A DNA stretch of 64,000 nucleotides from a virus. A program made the translations under genes and the position numbers. This document shows positions 37,309 to 47,140 of this stretch, one piece after another. Each line of letters begins with the position of its first letter. The first letter of the stretch is position 1. Location of the stretch: positions 9,725-73,724 of IMG/VR virus record IMGVR_UViG_3300006931_000005. One strand, 5' to 3'. Below the pieces are notes generated by a model that saw only the letters and a list, made by a program, of their open reading frames with translations, was not told the origin of the DNA and searched no databases.

Positions 37309-40300
37309 ATGAACTTTGATCCACTCAACCGGGCTGACTGCGTGATCCCGCAATCGCTGATCGACGGCGGCTCTGGCGGTCAGCAGCCGGACGCCCGGTG
37401 CAGCGATGCGGCTTTCGCGGCGGCAAATCCCGGCATCTGCGGGTCGCGCCCCTACTTGGTCATCAAGCCCTCATCCGCTCTCATTATGCGGCTTTCGTCC
37501 ATCGGCTTCACGGTGTTCGAGTATTCCAATGGCGTGGAGTCACAGGTCGTTGACGGGCTTTCTTTTTCGAGCTCCAACCCGGATATTTTTCTGATTGGCG
37601 CGTCCTCCGGCTCCGGCACCGGTATGCTCAAGGGCACCTCGATCATCACTGTGACCCGCAACGGGCTTTCCGCCAGCGCAAGCGTGACTGTTCTTGACTC
37701 GACGATTGGCTGCTTGGGCACGGCTGTTAAAAGCTTGCTCCTGATTGACAACTCGCGCTCGATGAGTCTCGCGTTCGGCGGCGTTTACCAGTCGCGGCTT
37801 GATTTCGCAAAGGCGGCGGCAAAGCGGTGGACGGACAAGCTGATTATGGTGAGCGGTGTGGCCAAGGACGGATTCAAGCTCGCGTCATTTTCAAACGCGA
37901 TTGCCAACGTCACGACCGATTACATCGGCGACCAGACCGCGCTCGATTCCGCCATTGACGGCATCGAGCAGACGTTGGACAAGACTGACGTTTTTGATTC
38001 ACTGACCGCCGCGATCATGGACATCACGCTGGAGACGGCGGACGAAAAAGTGATCGTGCTGATTTCCGACGGCGAGCAAAATTCATCGGCCAACTATCAG
38101 CCGATCTACGACGCGGCGGCTGCATTCAAGGCGGCAGGCGGCATCATTGTCGTGATCGGCGTCCGCGCCTCTGGATCGGCGTTCGATATGCTTGAACGTG
38201 TGGCGACCGGTGGATTCTTCCTGAACGGCACGCCATCCACCTCCAATGCCGTGCTCGACGGTCTCGCATTTTTGAAATCTTCCGTCTGCGTCGGATCGTG
38301 CGTGGATGCCGGTGATGTTTATGTGAATCAGGGCGAGCTGAATTACTCCTCGTTCCAAAACTGGGAGGTACTTTCTGGCACGGTCGATCTTTGCGGCAAC
38401 GGCTTCGCTGATTTCCTGCCGAACAACGGGCTGTATCTGGACATGGTTGGCACCGCTTCGTTTACGAACGATAATTCAGGCAACACAATTCCGCTTGGCG
38501 CGATGATCCGCAGCATCGACTCGTTCGCTCTGGTTGGCGGCTCTGATTACACCATCTCTTTCAAGTGCGCCGGGAACAACCGGGTCAAGCCCATCGGCGG
38601 CATCCAGTCGATCAAGGTTTATCTGCGCGATCCGTCAGCCCCGGCCACGAATCCGAACCTGTTTGAACACTTGGTCGCACCGAGCTGGGATGCCGGATTC
38701 CAGCGTTACACTTTCACGTTCACCGCGCCCTACTCGGCGAACGCCAAGATTTATTTCCAGCAAATTCTGGCCGTGGGCCGGAACGGAAACGCCATCGACG
38801 AGATCACGTTCGCGGATTCAAATCTGAACATCCTGCTCTCCGATAATTTTGACTCGGAGAATCCGGTCTATCTTCCGCCCGCGTGCGGCAAGGGCACTAC
38901 GCCGATTCCTTATGTCGGCGGATCGGTCGTGTACAATGCGCTGATTCCAGCTATGACCGGGGCGTCAACCCCGTCAGGCACCGCATCCGCATCTGCCAAC
39001 AGCGGCGGCTTTTTGCCTTGGATGGCTTTCGCACAAGCCGGATACAGCGAAGCGGGTTTGCCAAACAAGTGGCAGTCAGTCGGAAGTTTTTCAGGCGACA
39101 TTCCTGATTGGCTTGCGTATCAGTTTGGAAGTCCGCAGGTAGTTACACGGTATGAATTCGGCGGCAATAACAGCTTTGGCGCATCGCCTGTTGACTGGAC
39201 GTTTGAAGGATCGAATGATGGCGCGAGCTGGACTGTGCTTCACACTATGGTTGGCTATCATTGGCCGAAACCGTACACCGTTCCTGCGAGCGATAATTTT
39301 TACGTCTCCAGCTTCAACATCACGAATACGACGGCCTATTCCCGCTATCGCATTCGCTGCACGAAATCTGTCGGCGGCTTATTCGAGGTGTTCTTGTACC
39401 GGATATATCAGTTTCAGATGTACTCCAGCACGCTCGTCACCACCTACACCTATGCTTTTGGTTACGGCGGATGCTACGGCGACAACTGCTCGCAACAGGC
39501 CGCAGTCGGCCCGCAATTCCAAGATTCAAATCCGCTGCCGGATATTGAATCAGGTGTGGCACCGACGAAGTACACAGGCAATAAAAGTTTTTGCGCCCAG
39601 TGTCTTGCCGGGACGGTGAACATTCAGGCGGATGATTCCGACATCGGCAACCGGACGGTGATCGACGCGGCGGACGGCACGGTGTTCAACTTCGACACAC
39701 CACCGACGCTGAATATCATCTGCTGGACGTTTGCGGTATCCGGCTCCTTCGTGCTTTCAATCTACGGGTCGAATGACGGTACGACGTGGTTTAAGATTTT
39801 CATCACCACAGGCCATGGCTACGCGGCCACGCCCACGGGTGACGCGAACATCGGTTTTGTCAGCGGCAGTTGCAGCTCGTTCGATCCGGTGCAGTACAAA
39901 TACTTCAAGCTTGCCTACGACAAGACCAAAGGCACGCTCTCGAAATACAGTTTCGGCGGGATCAAGATCGCCGATTCGCCGCAGGTCTGCAAAAGCGCCA
40001 CGGCCACCAGCTACATCAGCCAGAGCGATGCCGACTCGAAGGCATTGGCGGCGGCAACGCTCGCGGCCCAGTCCGCGCTCCAATGCGTGCAGGTTTACAA
40101 TTCGACGCAGACGTACACGGCCACCTGTCCGCTCGGCAACGGATCGTCCGTGACCAAGACCGCCACGGCCACCAGCTTCACCTCGCAGGCGGCGGCTGAT
40201 GCCGAGGCGCTGGCGGACGCGAAGGCACAGGCGCTCGCGGCCATTGATTGCAGCCAGTCGAATAATACGCAGCCGGTCACGATCAATGACAATGCCGTGG

Positions 40301-40740
40301 CCACACCCTATCCGAGCGTCAAGGTGGTCTCCGGGATGACCGGCCATATCACCAAGGTCACGGTCGCCATCAAGGGATTCAAGCACACCTACCCGAACGA
40401 CGTTGACATCCTGCTTGTCAGCCCAAGCGGAGCCATGGTGAATCTGATGCGGCTTTGCGGCGGTCAGGTTCTCGTAACCGGCGTCAACCTCGTGTTCGAC
40501 GACGCGGCCAGCGGATCGTTGAACAACACAACTCTGGTCAGTGGCACATTTAAGCCGACCGTACTCGGCCCGTTAATTTCATTTCCAGCGCCGTGCCCAT
40601 CTGGAACACCAAGCACGACGCTCGCGGCGTTCATCGGCGGAATTCCGAACGGCGGCTGGGCGCTCTATGTGCAGGATGTCAAGCAGCAGGATGTGGGATT
40701 GATTGCACAAGGCTGGGATTTGACTATAACCTCTGCGTAA
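37309..40740 (+). CDS. multi-domain receptor-binding protein (Ig-like, vWA, lectin-like, discoidin, DUF5977-like, proprotein-convertase P domain)
   Basis: MIDAS DNSRSM..ISDGE; PVDWTFEGSNDG..W..YSRYRI; HTYPNDVDILLVSP..NGGWALYVQD..GWDLTI. Confidence 0.8.
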   Translation: MNFDPLNRADCVIPQSLIDGGSGGQQPDARCSDAAFAAANPGICGSRPYLVIKPSSALIMRLSSIGFTVFEYSNGVESQVVDGLSFSSSNPDIFLIGASSGSGTGMLKGTSIITVTRNGLSASASVTVLDSTIGCLGTAVKSLLLIDNSRSMSLAFGGVYQSRLDFAKAAAKRWTDKLIMVSGVAKDGFKLASFSNAIANVTTDYIGDQTALDSAIDGIEQTLDKTDVFDSLTAAIMDITLETADEKVIVLISDGEQNSSANYQPIYDAAAAFKAAGGIIVVIGVRASGSAFDMLERVATGGFFLNGTPSTSNAVLDGLAFLKSSVCVGSCVDAGDVYVNQGELNYSSFQNWEVLSGTVDLCGNGFADFLPNNGLYLDMVGTASFTNDNSGNTIPLGAMIRSIDSFALVGGSDYTISFKCAGNNRVKPIGGIQSIKVYLRDPSAPATNPNLFEHLVAPSWDAGFQRYTFTFTAPYSANAKIYFQQILAVGRNGNAIDEITFADSNLNILLSDNFDSENPVYLPPACGKGTTPIPYVGGSVVYNALIPAMTGASTPSGTASASANSGGFLPWMAFAQAGYSEAGLPNKWQSVGSFSGDIPDWLAYQFGSPQVVTRYEFGGNNSFGASPVDWTFEGSNDGASWTVLHTMVGYHWPKPYTVPASDNFYVSSFNITNTTAYSRYRIRCTKSVGGLFEVFLYRIYQFQMYSSTLVTTYTYAFGYGGCYGDNCSQQAAVGPQFQDSNPLPDIESGVAPTKYTGNKSFCAQCLAGTVNIQADDSDIGNRTVIDAADGTVFNFDTPPTLNIICWTFAVSGSFVLSIYGSNDGTTWFKIFITTGHGYAATPTGDANIGFVSGSCSSFDPVQYKYFKLAYDKTKGTLSKYSFGGIKIADSPQVCKSATATSYISQSDADSKALAAATLAAQSALQCVQVYNSTQTYTATCPLGNGSSVTKTATATSFTSQAAADAEALADAKAQALAAIDCSQSNNTQPVTINDNAVATPYPSVKVVSGMTGHITKVTVAIKGFKHTYPNDVDILLVSPSGAMVNLMRLCGGQVLVTGVNLVFDDAASGSLNNTTLVSGTFKPTVLGPLISFPAPCPSGTPSTTLAAFIGGIPNGGWALYVQDVKQQDVGLIAQGWDLTITSA

Positions 40741-40741
40741 G

Positions 40742-42553
40742 ATGGCTGATAAATACAAGACAGTCCCGATGACGCCGCTCACCGGCATCTTCGATGCGCG
40801 TACCTCCGTCGATCAGGAGCCAACGGGTGCGTTTGCGTGGAAGCAGAACTTCGAGATCACGCCGGATGGAAAGCTGCGTCAGGCCACCGGCTTCATCAAA
40901 CCGTTCGCGCAGTTCAAGACTGTGAATCTCCAGCCGTGCCCCTACGCCAATGCCGACTGGCATAACCAAGGCGGCATCGCCAGCAACCGCGAGCCAATCA
41001 CACTGATCTTTCCGTCCACATCGAACACTCAAGTCCGAAAACTTTACGCCGGAACCAAGACGAAATTCATCCGCTTGGACGAGGGCAGCGGCCAGTGGAC
41101 TGTGATCGGCAGCGGATTTGGAAATGACGGCAGCACGCTCCACACCTCGGCCCGATGGAAGGCGGCGGCATTGCAGAACAAGATTTTCCTGACCAACGGA
41201 ATTGACAAGATTCAGTACCACGACATCTCGACGGACGTGATGCAGGAAGTGACCAGCCTGAACACGGCTGGAGTTGGCGGAGCGGCTGTGAGCAAGGCTA
41301 TGATCGTGATCGAATATCAGGGCGCGATCCTGCTGATGAATATGTACGAGGGGGCGACCCGGTTTGGTAGCCGAATCCGCTGGTCTGGCCTGAACAACGG
41401 CACGGACTTTACGATCTCCGGCAGCAGCATCACGGATTACCAAGACCTCGATTACGGTGAGGAGATTCTGAACGCGATCATCATGTCCGGGCTGCTCTAC
41501 ATCTTCACCGACCGGGCGATCTGGAAGTGCAATTTCACGGTGGACGCCGTGAATAATCAGGCGGCTCTGACGTGCAACCGTTTTTACAGCGAGCCCCGCA
41601 ACAAGGCGAAGTGCTTGGCGTTCCCGAACACGCTGGTCAGCACCGGGCTTGACCTGTATTACGCGGGCACCGACGCGATCTACCATTACAATCCGTATCT
41701 CGCGGAGCCGGAGCGCGTCGAGTGGATTTACCGCTCGACCTCCATCATCTTTGACGACGGCAACATCCAGATTGACCGCGAGGCGTGCCAAGCTCCGGTC
41801 GCTGATTTCTGGCCGGATAAAAACGAGATTCATTTTTCGTGGCCCATCGTGGATGCGAGCCCGACATCGGCTGACGTGCCCAACTGCAACTCACCGGCCA
41901 ACAAGTCGGTGAGCTCCGGCATCAACCGGTACACGATGGTCATCAACACGAAATATATGACGTGCGATTTCCGGGATTACGGGATGTCCGCGTACTCGAA
42001 TTTCCGCTCCGACCTCCATGCAGTCGGCGACTGCAACCAGTCCGTGCTTTTTCTTGGTGCCCATGGCACGGACTTCTGCCTGAAGCAGCTCGGCACCGGT
42101 TATTACCGGGAGATTTACGATCCGGTTTTTGACTCCTACAAAAACACCGGTTACACGCCGATGCTGCGCGGAATTTTCCCCTTCGGTCGCTTCGACGCCG
42201 ACAAGATCATCAGCAAGTTCGTGATCGACGGGATCGCCGACGGCGACAACGGCACCGTGTTCGCGCTGCGGATCGGCACGTCATTTACGCTGATGAATCC
42301 GAATGAGACCGTGGCCGGATGCAGCGTGCTCTGGAAGAAGCTTTCCAACAAGCCGATCAAATGCCTGATGAACAAGTCGGCGGAAGCATACTCCGCCGCC
42401 AATGTCAGGCCGAACACAAACACCAACTGGGATTTTTACTACCGTGGACGGTATTTGTATTTCGAGATTTCTATCCAGAACAAGGATGGCACCCCGGCGA
42501 ACGCTGGCGGCGTCATGCTATCACGGCTTGAGGTAAAGGCGATTGCCGCATGA
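40742..42553 (+). CDS. tail nozzle / stabilisation protein (beta-propeller, P22 gp10-like)
   Basis: Beta-rich; SRIRWSG, LYIFTDRAIW, EIHFSWP, RGRYLYFEI. Confidence 0.7.
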   Translation: MADKYKTVPMTPLTGIFDARTSVDQEPTGAFAWKQNFEITPDGKLRQATGFIKPFAQFKTVNLQPCPYANADWHNQGGIASNREPITLIFPSTSNTQVRKLYAGTKTKFIRLDEGSGQWTVIGSGFGNDGSTLHTSARWKAAALQNKIFLTNGIDKIQYHDISTDVMQEVTSLNTAGVGGAAVSKAMIVIEYQGAILLMNMYEGATRFGSRIRWSGLNNGTDFTISGSSITDYQDLDYGEEILNAIIMSGLLYIFTDRAIWKCNFTVDAVNNQAALTCNRFYSEPRNKAKCLAFPNTLVSTGLDLYYAGTDAIYHYNPYLAEPERVEWIYRSTSIIFDDGNIQIDREACQAPVADFWPDKNEIHFSWPIVDASPTSADVPNCNSPANKSVSSGINRYTMVINTKYMTCDFRDYGMSAYSNFRSDLHAVGDCNQSVLFLGAHGTDFCLKQLGTGYYREIYDPVFDSYKNTGYTPMLRGIFPFGRFDADKIISKFVIDGIADGDNGTVFALRIGTSFTLMNPNETVAGCSVLWKKLSNKPIKCLMNKSAEAYSAANVRPNTNTNWDFYYRGRYLYFEISIQNKDGTPANAGGVMLSRLEVKAIAA

Positions 42554-42924
42554 TCCACAGAAACAAAACCTTCGTGCGCGTAGTGCTGACAGCCGCCTTC
42601 TATTCGATCAATCATCCTTCAAAAATTCCGCCCGCGCTGATGTCGGTCTGGCGGGCATTTTTCTTCAACCGTGGCCAGCAGGCCAGCCGGACGATGTACA
42701 TCCGGCGCTGCCTGCGCTGCCGGTCATGCCCAGTGTTCCACAAGCCGACGCGATCCTGCGGGGCTCCGACTTCCGACAACCCGGAGCTGGGCTGCTGGTG
42801 CTTCGCATGGTATAAGAACAAGCTGAAGTCAGCCCGGTGCTGGATGCGCGACAACTGTGAATACAAAGCAACCAAGGAATTCTCATGGCCAACGAAACTG
42901 ATGCGCCAAAAGTGGTCGCGGTGA
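42550..42924 (+). CDS. Cys-rich hypothetical protein
   Basis: RCLRCRSCP..CG..GCWC..K..ARC; ATGA overlap. Confidence 0.6.
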   Translation: MIHRNKTFVRVVLTAAFYSINHPSKIPPALMSVWRAFFFNRGQQASRTMYIRRCLRCRSCPVFHKPTRSCGAPTSDNPELGCWCFAWYKNKLKSARCWMRDNCEYKATKEFSWPTKLMRQKWSR

Positions 42925-43478
42925 TCGACATCCCGCCCCCCGTCTCGGCAGAGCCAAAGCGCGACTGGCGCGAGCCGCCGCCAAATCTGCCATTCGGCCA
43001 CCGGCTGCTCAACGAGATAGACCCGGAGCGCACCATGCTCTACCCGGATCAGCAACGCAAGGTTCTGGCCATCGAAAACGAGGAGGCGCTGAAGGCGATG
43101 CTCTACGCCGACCTTGGCGACACGCTGAATCCCGACATAATGACCGCCCAGAAGGTTTTCGGAGACCTTGTAAAGCGCGAATTTGAGATTCCCAGCATCC
43201 TGATGACATGGCAGTTTTACACCCTTGCCCAGTGTATGCTGGCCATCGACGATGGGCGCAAGCTGGCGGCTGATAAAACGCTGTCCGGGGCCGAGCGGGT
43301 GAAGGGATTTCAAATCCAGATGGAGGGAGTACGCGCCCTGATCCAGATCAACGGTAGGCTGTCAAAACTGGCGTCGAAGATGGGCGCGATCAAATATCAG
43401 AGCAAGAAAAAGAAGGTGGCCAAGGTTGCCCGCGCCATCCGTGCCGCGCCAACTTTGTCACCGGAGCCACAGGCATAG
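42885..43478 (+). CDS. hypothetical protein
   Basis: Typical codon usage; basic C-terminus. Confidence 0.65.
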   Translation: MANETDAPKVVAVIDIPPPVSAEPKRDWREPPPNLPFGHRLLNEIDPERTMLYPDQQRKVLAIENEEALKAMLYADLGDTLNPDIMTAQKVFGDLVKREFEIPSILMTWQFYTLAQCMLAIDDGRKLAADKTLSGAERVKGFQIQMEGVRALIQINGRLSKLASKMGAIKYQSKKKKVAKVARAIRAAPTLSPEPQA

Positions 43479-43486
43479 GATTACCC

Positions 43487-43515
43487 TTGTTTAAGCGGCT
43501 GTTTGAACTTAATGT
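43487..43515 (+). promoter_or_regulatory. promoter, leaderless mRNA
   Basis: TTGTTT-17-TAATGT; ATG 43522 follows 6 nt later. Confidence 0.45.
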
Positions 43516-43521
43516 TTTCTC

Positions 43522-43866
43522 ATGGCTCTTGATCCACAAGGCAATTATTACGCGGCACTCCCGGACGAAGTTCGCGGGAATGGAACCGGCTCAATCAGCG
43601 CCATTGGCTCCGGTTCTGGAGCGCCTGATGCCAGCACCAAGGTCACTACCATTTATGTGGATGTCGCCACCGGTAATATTTATGCCTACGTTTCAGGGGC
43701 TTGGGTGGCCAGTGGTGGTGCGGGCAGCAACGGCCAGATCGTGATCTACACCAGCGGCACCCCGTCCAACCCGTCGGACATCACCAAGCCAGCCCTTGCT
43801 TACGATCCGAACGGCATCCAGCCGATTGTCGGATGGAACACAACCACCCACCTCTGGAGCCTCTAA
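43522..43866 (+). CDS. small fibre/decoration-like protein
   Basis: GSGAP...IYVDVATGNIY....GAW motif seen in phage fibres. Confidence 0.6.
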   Translation: MALDPQGNYYAALPDEVRGNGTGSISAIGSGSGAPDASTKVTTIYVDVATGNIYAYVSGAWVASGGAGSNGQIVIYTSGTPSNPSDITKPALAYDPNGIQPIVGWNTTTHLWSL

Positions 43867-43871
43867 TTTTT

Positions 43872-45500
43872 ATGAAGAAAATCACCTCACTAGCCATACT
43901 GTTTTTCACCCTGAACCTGATGGCGCAGACCGCGCAGTTGAAGGGCACCAACAATTTTACAGGCAACAATGCGTTCAACAATTTTGTCGGATTTACGAAC
44001 GGAGCGAACGTCTATGCGATGGATGGCGTCGGCAGGTTTACGATGACCAATTTGGCGAATGGCGCGTACTGGATCATGGGCACCAATGGTCATTACAGGG
44101 GCGTTGACCAGTTTGGAAATCTGCGCGAGTGGACGACCAACCGATTTACGGTTCAAACCACTGTTGGCGGAGTATCGAAAACGCTGCTGTTTTCAAACGA
44201 TGTTTTGTCCGTAGATGGCACAGCAGTTTTACTTACCGGCGCAAGCGTAACATTGCCGCCGGACATTTACGGGAACAATATCAACGCATCAAACAAACTG
44301 ACCTTTACCAATCGCGTTCCGCTGATTGATGCTTCTGCCACAACACCGGGTCAATTCGGGTTGTACGATGCGTGGTCAACGAATTACAACGGCGTTCCAA
44401 ACACGACTCCGGTTTATGGTGTTGCGGTTCAGAACGGGCAATCGAGCGCCGGAAATTGGTACACCGAGGCCTTTCCAAGTTCTTATCTAATCCCGCAAAA
44501 TGGATATGTTTCACCGCCTGCGGTGCCGGGAGGGGGAAGTTGTGTTCAGAACTATATCTGGAACGCTCACTGGCAACCCATTGGAGGGGATGACCGGTTC
44601 AATGTGGGATTGGCTGAAATGTGGGGGCCTAACGGGATTGGTGGTGGAGTAACTGAATTTCTTGTTAAAAAATCAACCAACGCACCATCGAGCGTTGGTG
44701 CATTGTTTTGCACTCCGCTCGTAATAGATGGCTATAACCGTGTCACCATAGCGCGGAATTTTTCACAACACACAATCTATAATGTTGCGGCTGGTGTGCT
44801 TGATATTTGGGATGGCGTTGACATAGTACCGGCAATCAAATTCCACAATGGGGGGCTAATCGCCACGCCTTCACCGAGGGGGCTTGAGGCTGACAGCAGC
44901 GGCAATCTTTTTTGGACGGATAATACATCCACCCGTTCGCAGGTATTTGTAGGGTCGAACGCATCTTCGCTCACTAACATGAGCGTCAGCACGGCGACCG
45001 GAAGCCTGCCATCAGCCTCATCGTGGAAGCAGAGGCTTATGTACTCCGGTGTTACCAATGCACTGACTTCCGGCAATGGCACGAACTATGTTGGTATTCC
45101 AGCCAATAAAATTGTGAACATTGGAGACAAGATTACTTTTGATGCAATGGTTTACTCTGGCAGCGCACCAGCCCTGCGCAGCGTGATGTTTCAGGTAAAC
45201 AATACGAATGTATTTTCGGCGGGTCGTAAACTTGGCTCCAGCGGCGTAAACTGGACTACATTTCAGGGGACTTTGAAGTATGTCGGCTTGACGAATGCCA
45301 TTATTGAGGGTCTTAAAATGACATCGGCGGGCGGGGCGAACATGAATGATGAAACTCAAACTGGAAATCCAGACCGCCAAGGCGTTCCTTTCTATTTCGA
45401 CCCCACAGTTACGAATAACCTGATGATTTACGACACCGGCAAGGATGGTAAAACGATAGTCGAATGGTTTGACGGCGAATACAGCTCGGCCACGCAATGA
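43872..45500 (+). CDS. fibre-like beta protein with Sec-type signal peptide (start at 43872)
   Basis: MKKITSLAILFFTLNLMA-Q; G/T/N-rich; 14 TN dipeptides. Confidence 0.7.
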   Translation: MKKITSLAILFFTLNLMAQTAQLKGTNNFTGNNAFNNFVGFTNGANVYAMDGVGRFTMTNLANGAYWIMGTNGHYRGVDQFGNLREWTTNRFTVQTTVGGVSKTLLFSNDVLSVDGTAVLLTGASVTLPPDIYGNNINASNKLTFTNRVPLIDASATTPGQFGLYDAWSTNYNGVPNTTPVYGVAVQNGQSSAGNWYTEAFPSSYLIPQNGYVSPPAVPGGGSCVQNYIWNAHWQPIGGDDRFNVGLAEMWGPNGIGGGVTEFLVKKSTNAPSSVGALFCTPLVIDGYNRVTIARNFSQHTIYNVAAGVLDIWDGVDIVPAIKFHNGGLIATPSPRGLEADSSGNLFWTDNTSTRSQVFVGSNASSLTNMSVSTATGSLPSASSWKQRLMYSGVTNALTSGNGTNYVGIPANKIVNIGDKITFDAMVYSGSAPALRSVMFQVNNTNVFSAGRKLGSSGVNWTTFQGTLKYVGLTNAIIEGLKMTSAGGANMNDETQTGNPDRQGVPFYFDPTVTNNLMIYDTGKDGKTIVEWFDGEYSSATQ

Positions 45501-45970
45501 AATTCTCGGCAATCATCTTGGTGGTCGCAATCTGCTCGCTGGCGCGGGCAGACATTGTTTTTTCGTGGACTGATTGCACGAATCATTTGAAGGGGTCGAC
45601 CACGCTCATCTGGGCTGGCACCAAAGCGCCGTTGAATTATTCGACATCGTATCCGACGCTAGGAACAAACTTTCTGTTTCCTGCATCGGCGCTGCCAGTT
45701 GGCTTGAGCTATTTCGCCTGTCAGCAGATTGCAACCAATAAAGATGGGTCGGTCTGCGCCACGCCCATGTCCGGCGAAATCCAAGTTCAGGTAAACCCGG
45801 CGGTCGAGGTAGATGTTCAGACCATGGCCAGCACCAATCTAGGATCAGGCTGGACGGTCGTAAGCCAGCAGTCGCTTGTATTTCCAACCGCAGACGCGCA
45901 GCAGCAATTTTTCAGAACCCAACAGCGGATGATCCGCACAAACCTAATCGTACTACCCCCATCACCATGA
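45497..45970 (+). CDS. exported FN3-like protein with STNL..W...FFR motif
   Basis: Signal peptide ending SLARA; FSW...SGEI; ASTNLGSGW...QQFFR. Confidence 0.7.
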   Translation: MKFSAIILVVAICSLARADIVFSWTDCTNHLKGSTTLIWAGTKAPLNYSTSYPTLGTNFLFPASALPVGLSYFACQQIATNKDGSVCATPMSGEIQVQVNPAVEVDVQTMASTNLGSGWTVVSQQSLVFPTADAQQQFFRTQQRMIRTNLIVLPPSP

Positions 45971-46368
45971 GCGAAAATTGGCAAATTGCATTGTTCACAA
46001 TCGTCGGCGGCTGGCTGTTTGTCGGATCATCGGCGGTTACTGGAATGTTTTTTTCCATGCGTGACCGGCTTACCCGTGTCGAAACATCGGTCGAATTTAT
46101 GATTGATGCGACTGGCAGGTTGGCGGCGAAAAAGCTTCACAGCCCGGACAATCATCTTGGCATTGATGGTATGCTCGACAAGTATATCGAGAGCCACCAA
46201 ATGACTACTGAAGAATGGTTGGAACTTAAAAACCTGTGCATTCTTACGCGCTCAAATCCAGCCGCCAGCAAGACTGAAAAGGTGTACGCAGAATTCTTGG
46301 TTGAAATCTGTGAGCACAAACTTTCCCCAAAAAGTCTTTCACACTCAAAAGGAATCCTTAAAATCTAA
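45967..46368 (+). CDS. membrane-anchored protein (lysis cassette?)
   Basis: N-terminal transmembrane segment then RDRLTRVET coiled coil. Confidence 0.55.
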   Translation: MSENWQIALFTIVGGWLFVGSSAVTGMFFSMRDRLTRVETSVEFMIDATGRLAAKKLHSPDNHLGIDGMLDKYIESHQMTTEEWLELKNLCILTRSNPAASKTEKVYAEFLVEICEHKLSPKSLSHSKGILKI

Positions 46369-46373
46369 ACGCT

Positions 46374-46688
46374 ATGAAATCTAAAACCAATCTTGGCGGG
46401 GCTCTGATGGTTCTCGGCTCCGCGCTTACCGGCGTCGGCGTGCTAACGCAGTTTGCGCCCAGCGTCGGCATGGAGATACCCCACCCTGTTATGATCGCCA
46501 TGTGGTTTGTCGCCTTGGCTGGATTCATCATTGGCGCGGTCGGTAAATTCGTGACCGCTTATTTTGCCGCAGACAACGCGGACGTGCAGAGTGTGGCAAA
46601 GACGGTAGATACCATAAACCAAAGCGGCCCGGCTATGATCGCAGCCCCGGCCATCAACGCAAACCAAGACACCAACAAAACACCATGA
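46374..46688 (+). CDS. holin-like protein with two transmembrane segments
   Basis: KSKT start and two hydrophobic helices. Confidence 0.55.
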   Translation: MKSKTNLGGALMVLGSALTGVGVLTQFAPSVGMEIPHPVMIAMWFVALAGFIIGAVGKFVTAYFAADNADVQSVAKTVDTINQSGPAMIAAPAINANQDTNKTP

Positions 46689-47107
46689 AAAATAACAAAT
46701 GGCTTATCGCCATCACCTCCCTGATCGCCCTGACTTCCGTGCTTTACGGAATCGCCATGACCACGGGCTGCAAGTCGCCTCCCGAAGCAGGAGTCTATCG
46801 CACCGAGAAGCTGATCGCTGATGCGGCGACCAGCGCCGTTCACACGTTCAACGTGTACTATAAGCAGCAGACCGCAACCGCCCCTGCGAGCGCCGATCTT
46901 GAGGCAACCCGCACTCAAATCTACGACGCTTCGCGCAAGCTGTCGGCAATGCTCAATGTCGTCGATCAAGCCCGGCTGAACTACACGCAGAACCCGGCGC
47001 AGACCAACCAGTCCTCGATGTTCATCGCGCTGCAAGCCGCGTCCGACCAGTCATCGAACATCGTGGCCGTCGTTAATCTTTTCCGTGCAGCTCATCCCGC
47101 GAAGTAA
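46685..47107 (+). CDS. putative lipoprotein (spanin-like?)
   Basis: Hydrophobic leader ending TTGC; helical body. Confidence 0.55.
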   Translation: MKNNKWLIAITSLIALTSVLYGIAMTTGCKSPPEAGVYRTEKLIADAATSAVHTFNVYYKQQTATAPASADLEATRTQIYDASRKLSAMLNVVDQARLNYTQNPAQTNQSSMFIALQAASDQSSNIVAVVNLFRAAHPAK

Positions 47108-47140
47108 ACACCAACCAATCGAAACCTGACCAAATAAATT

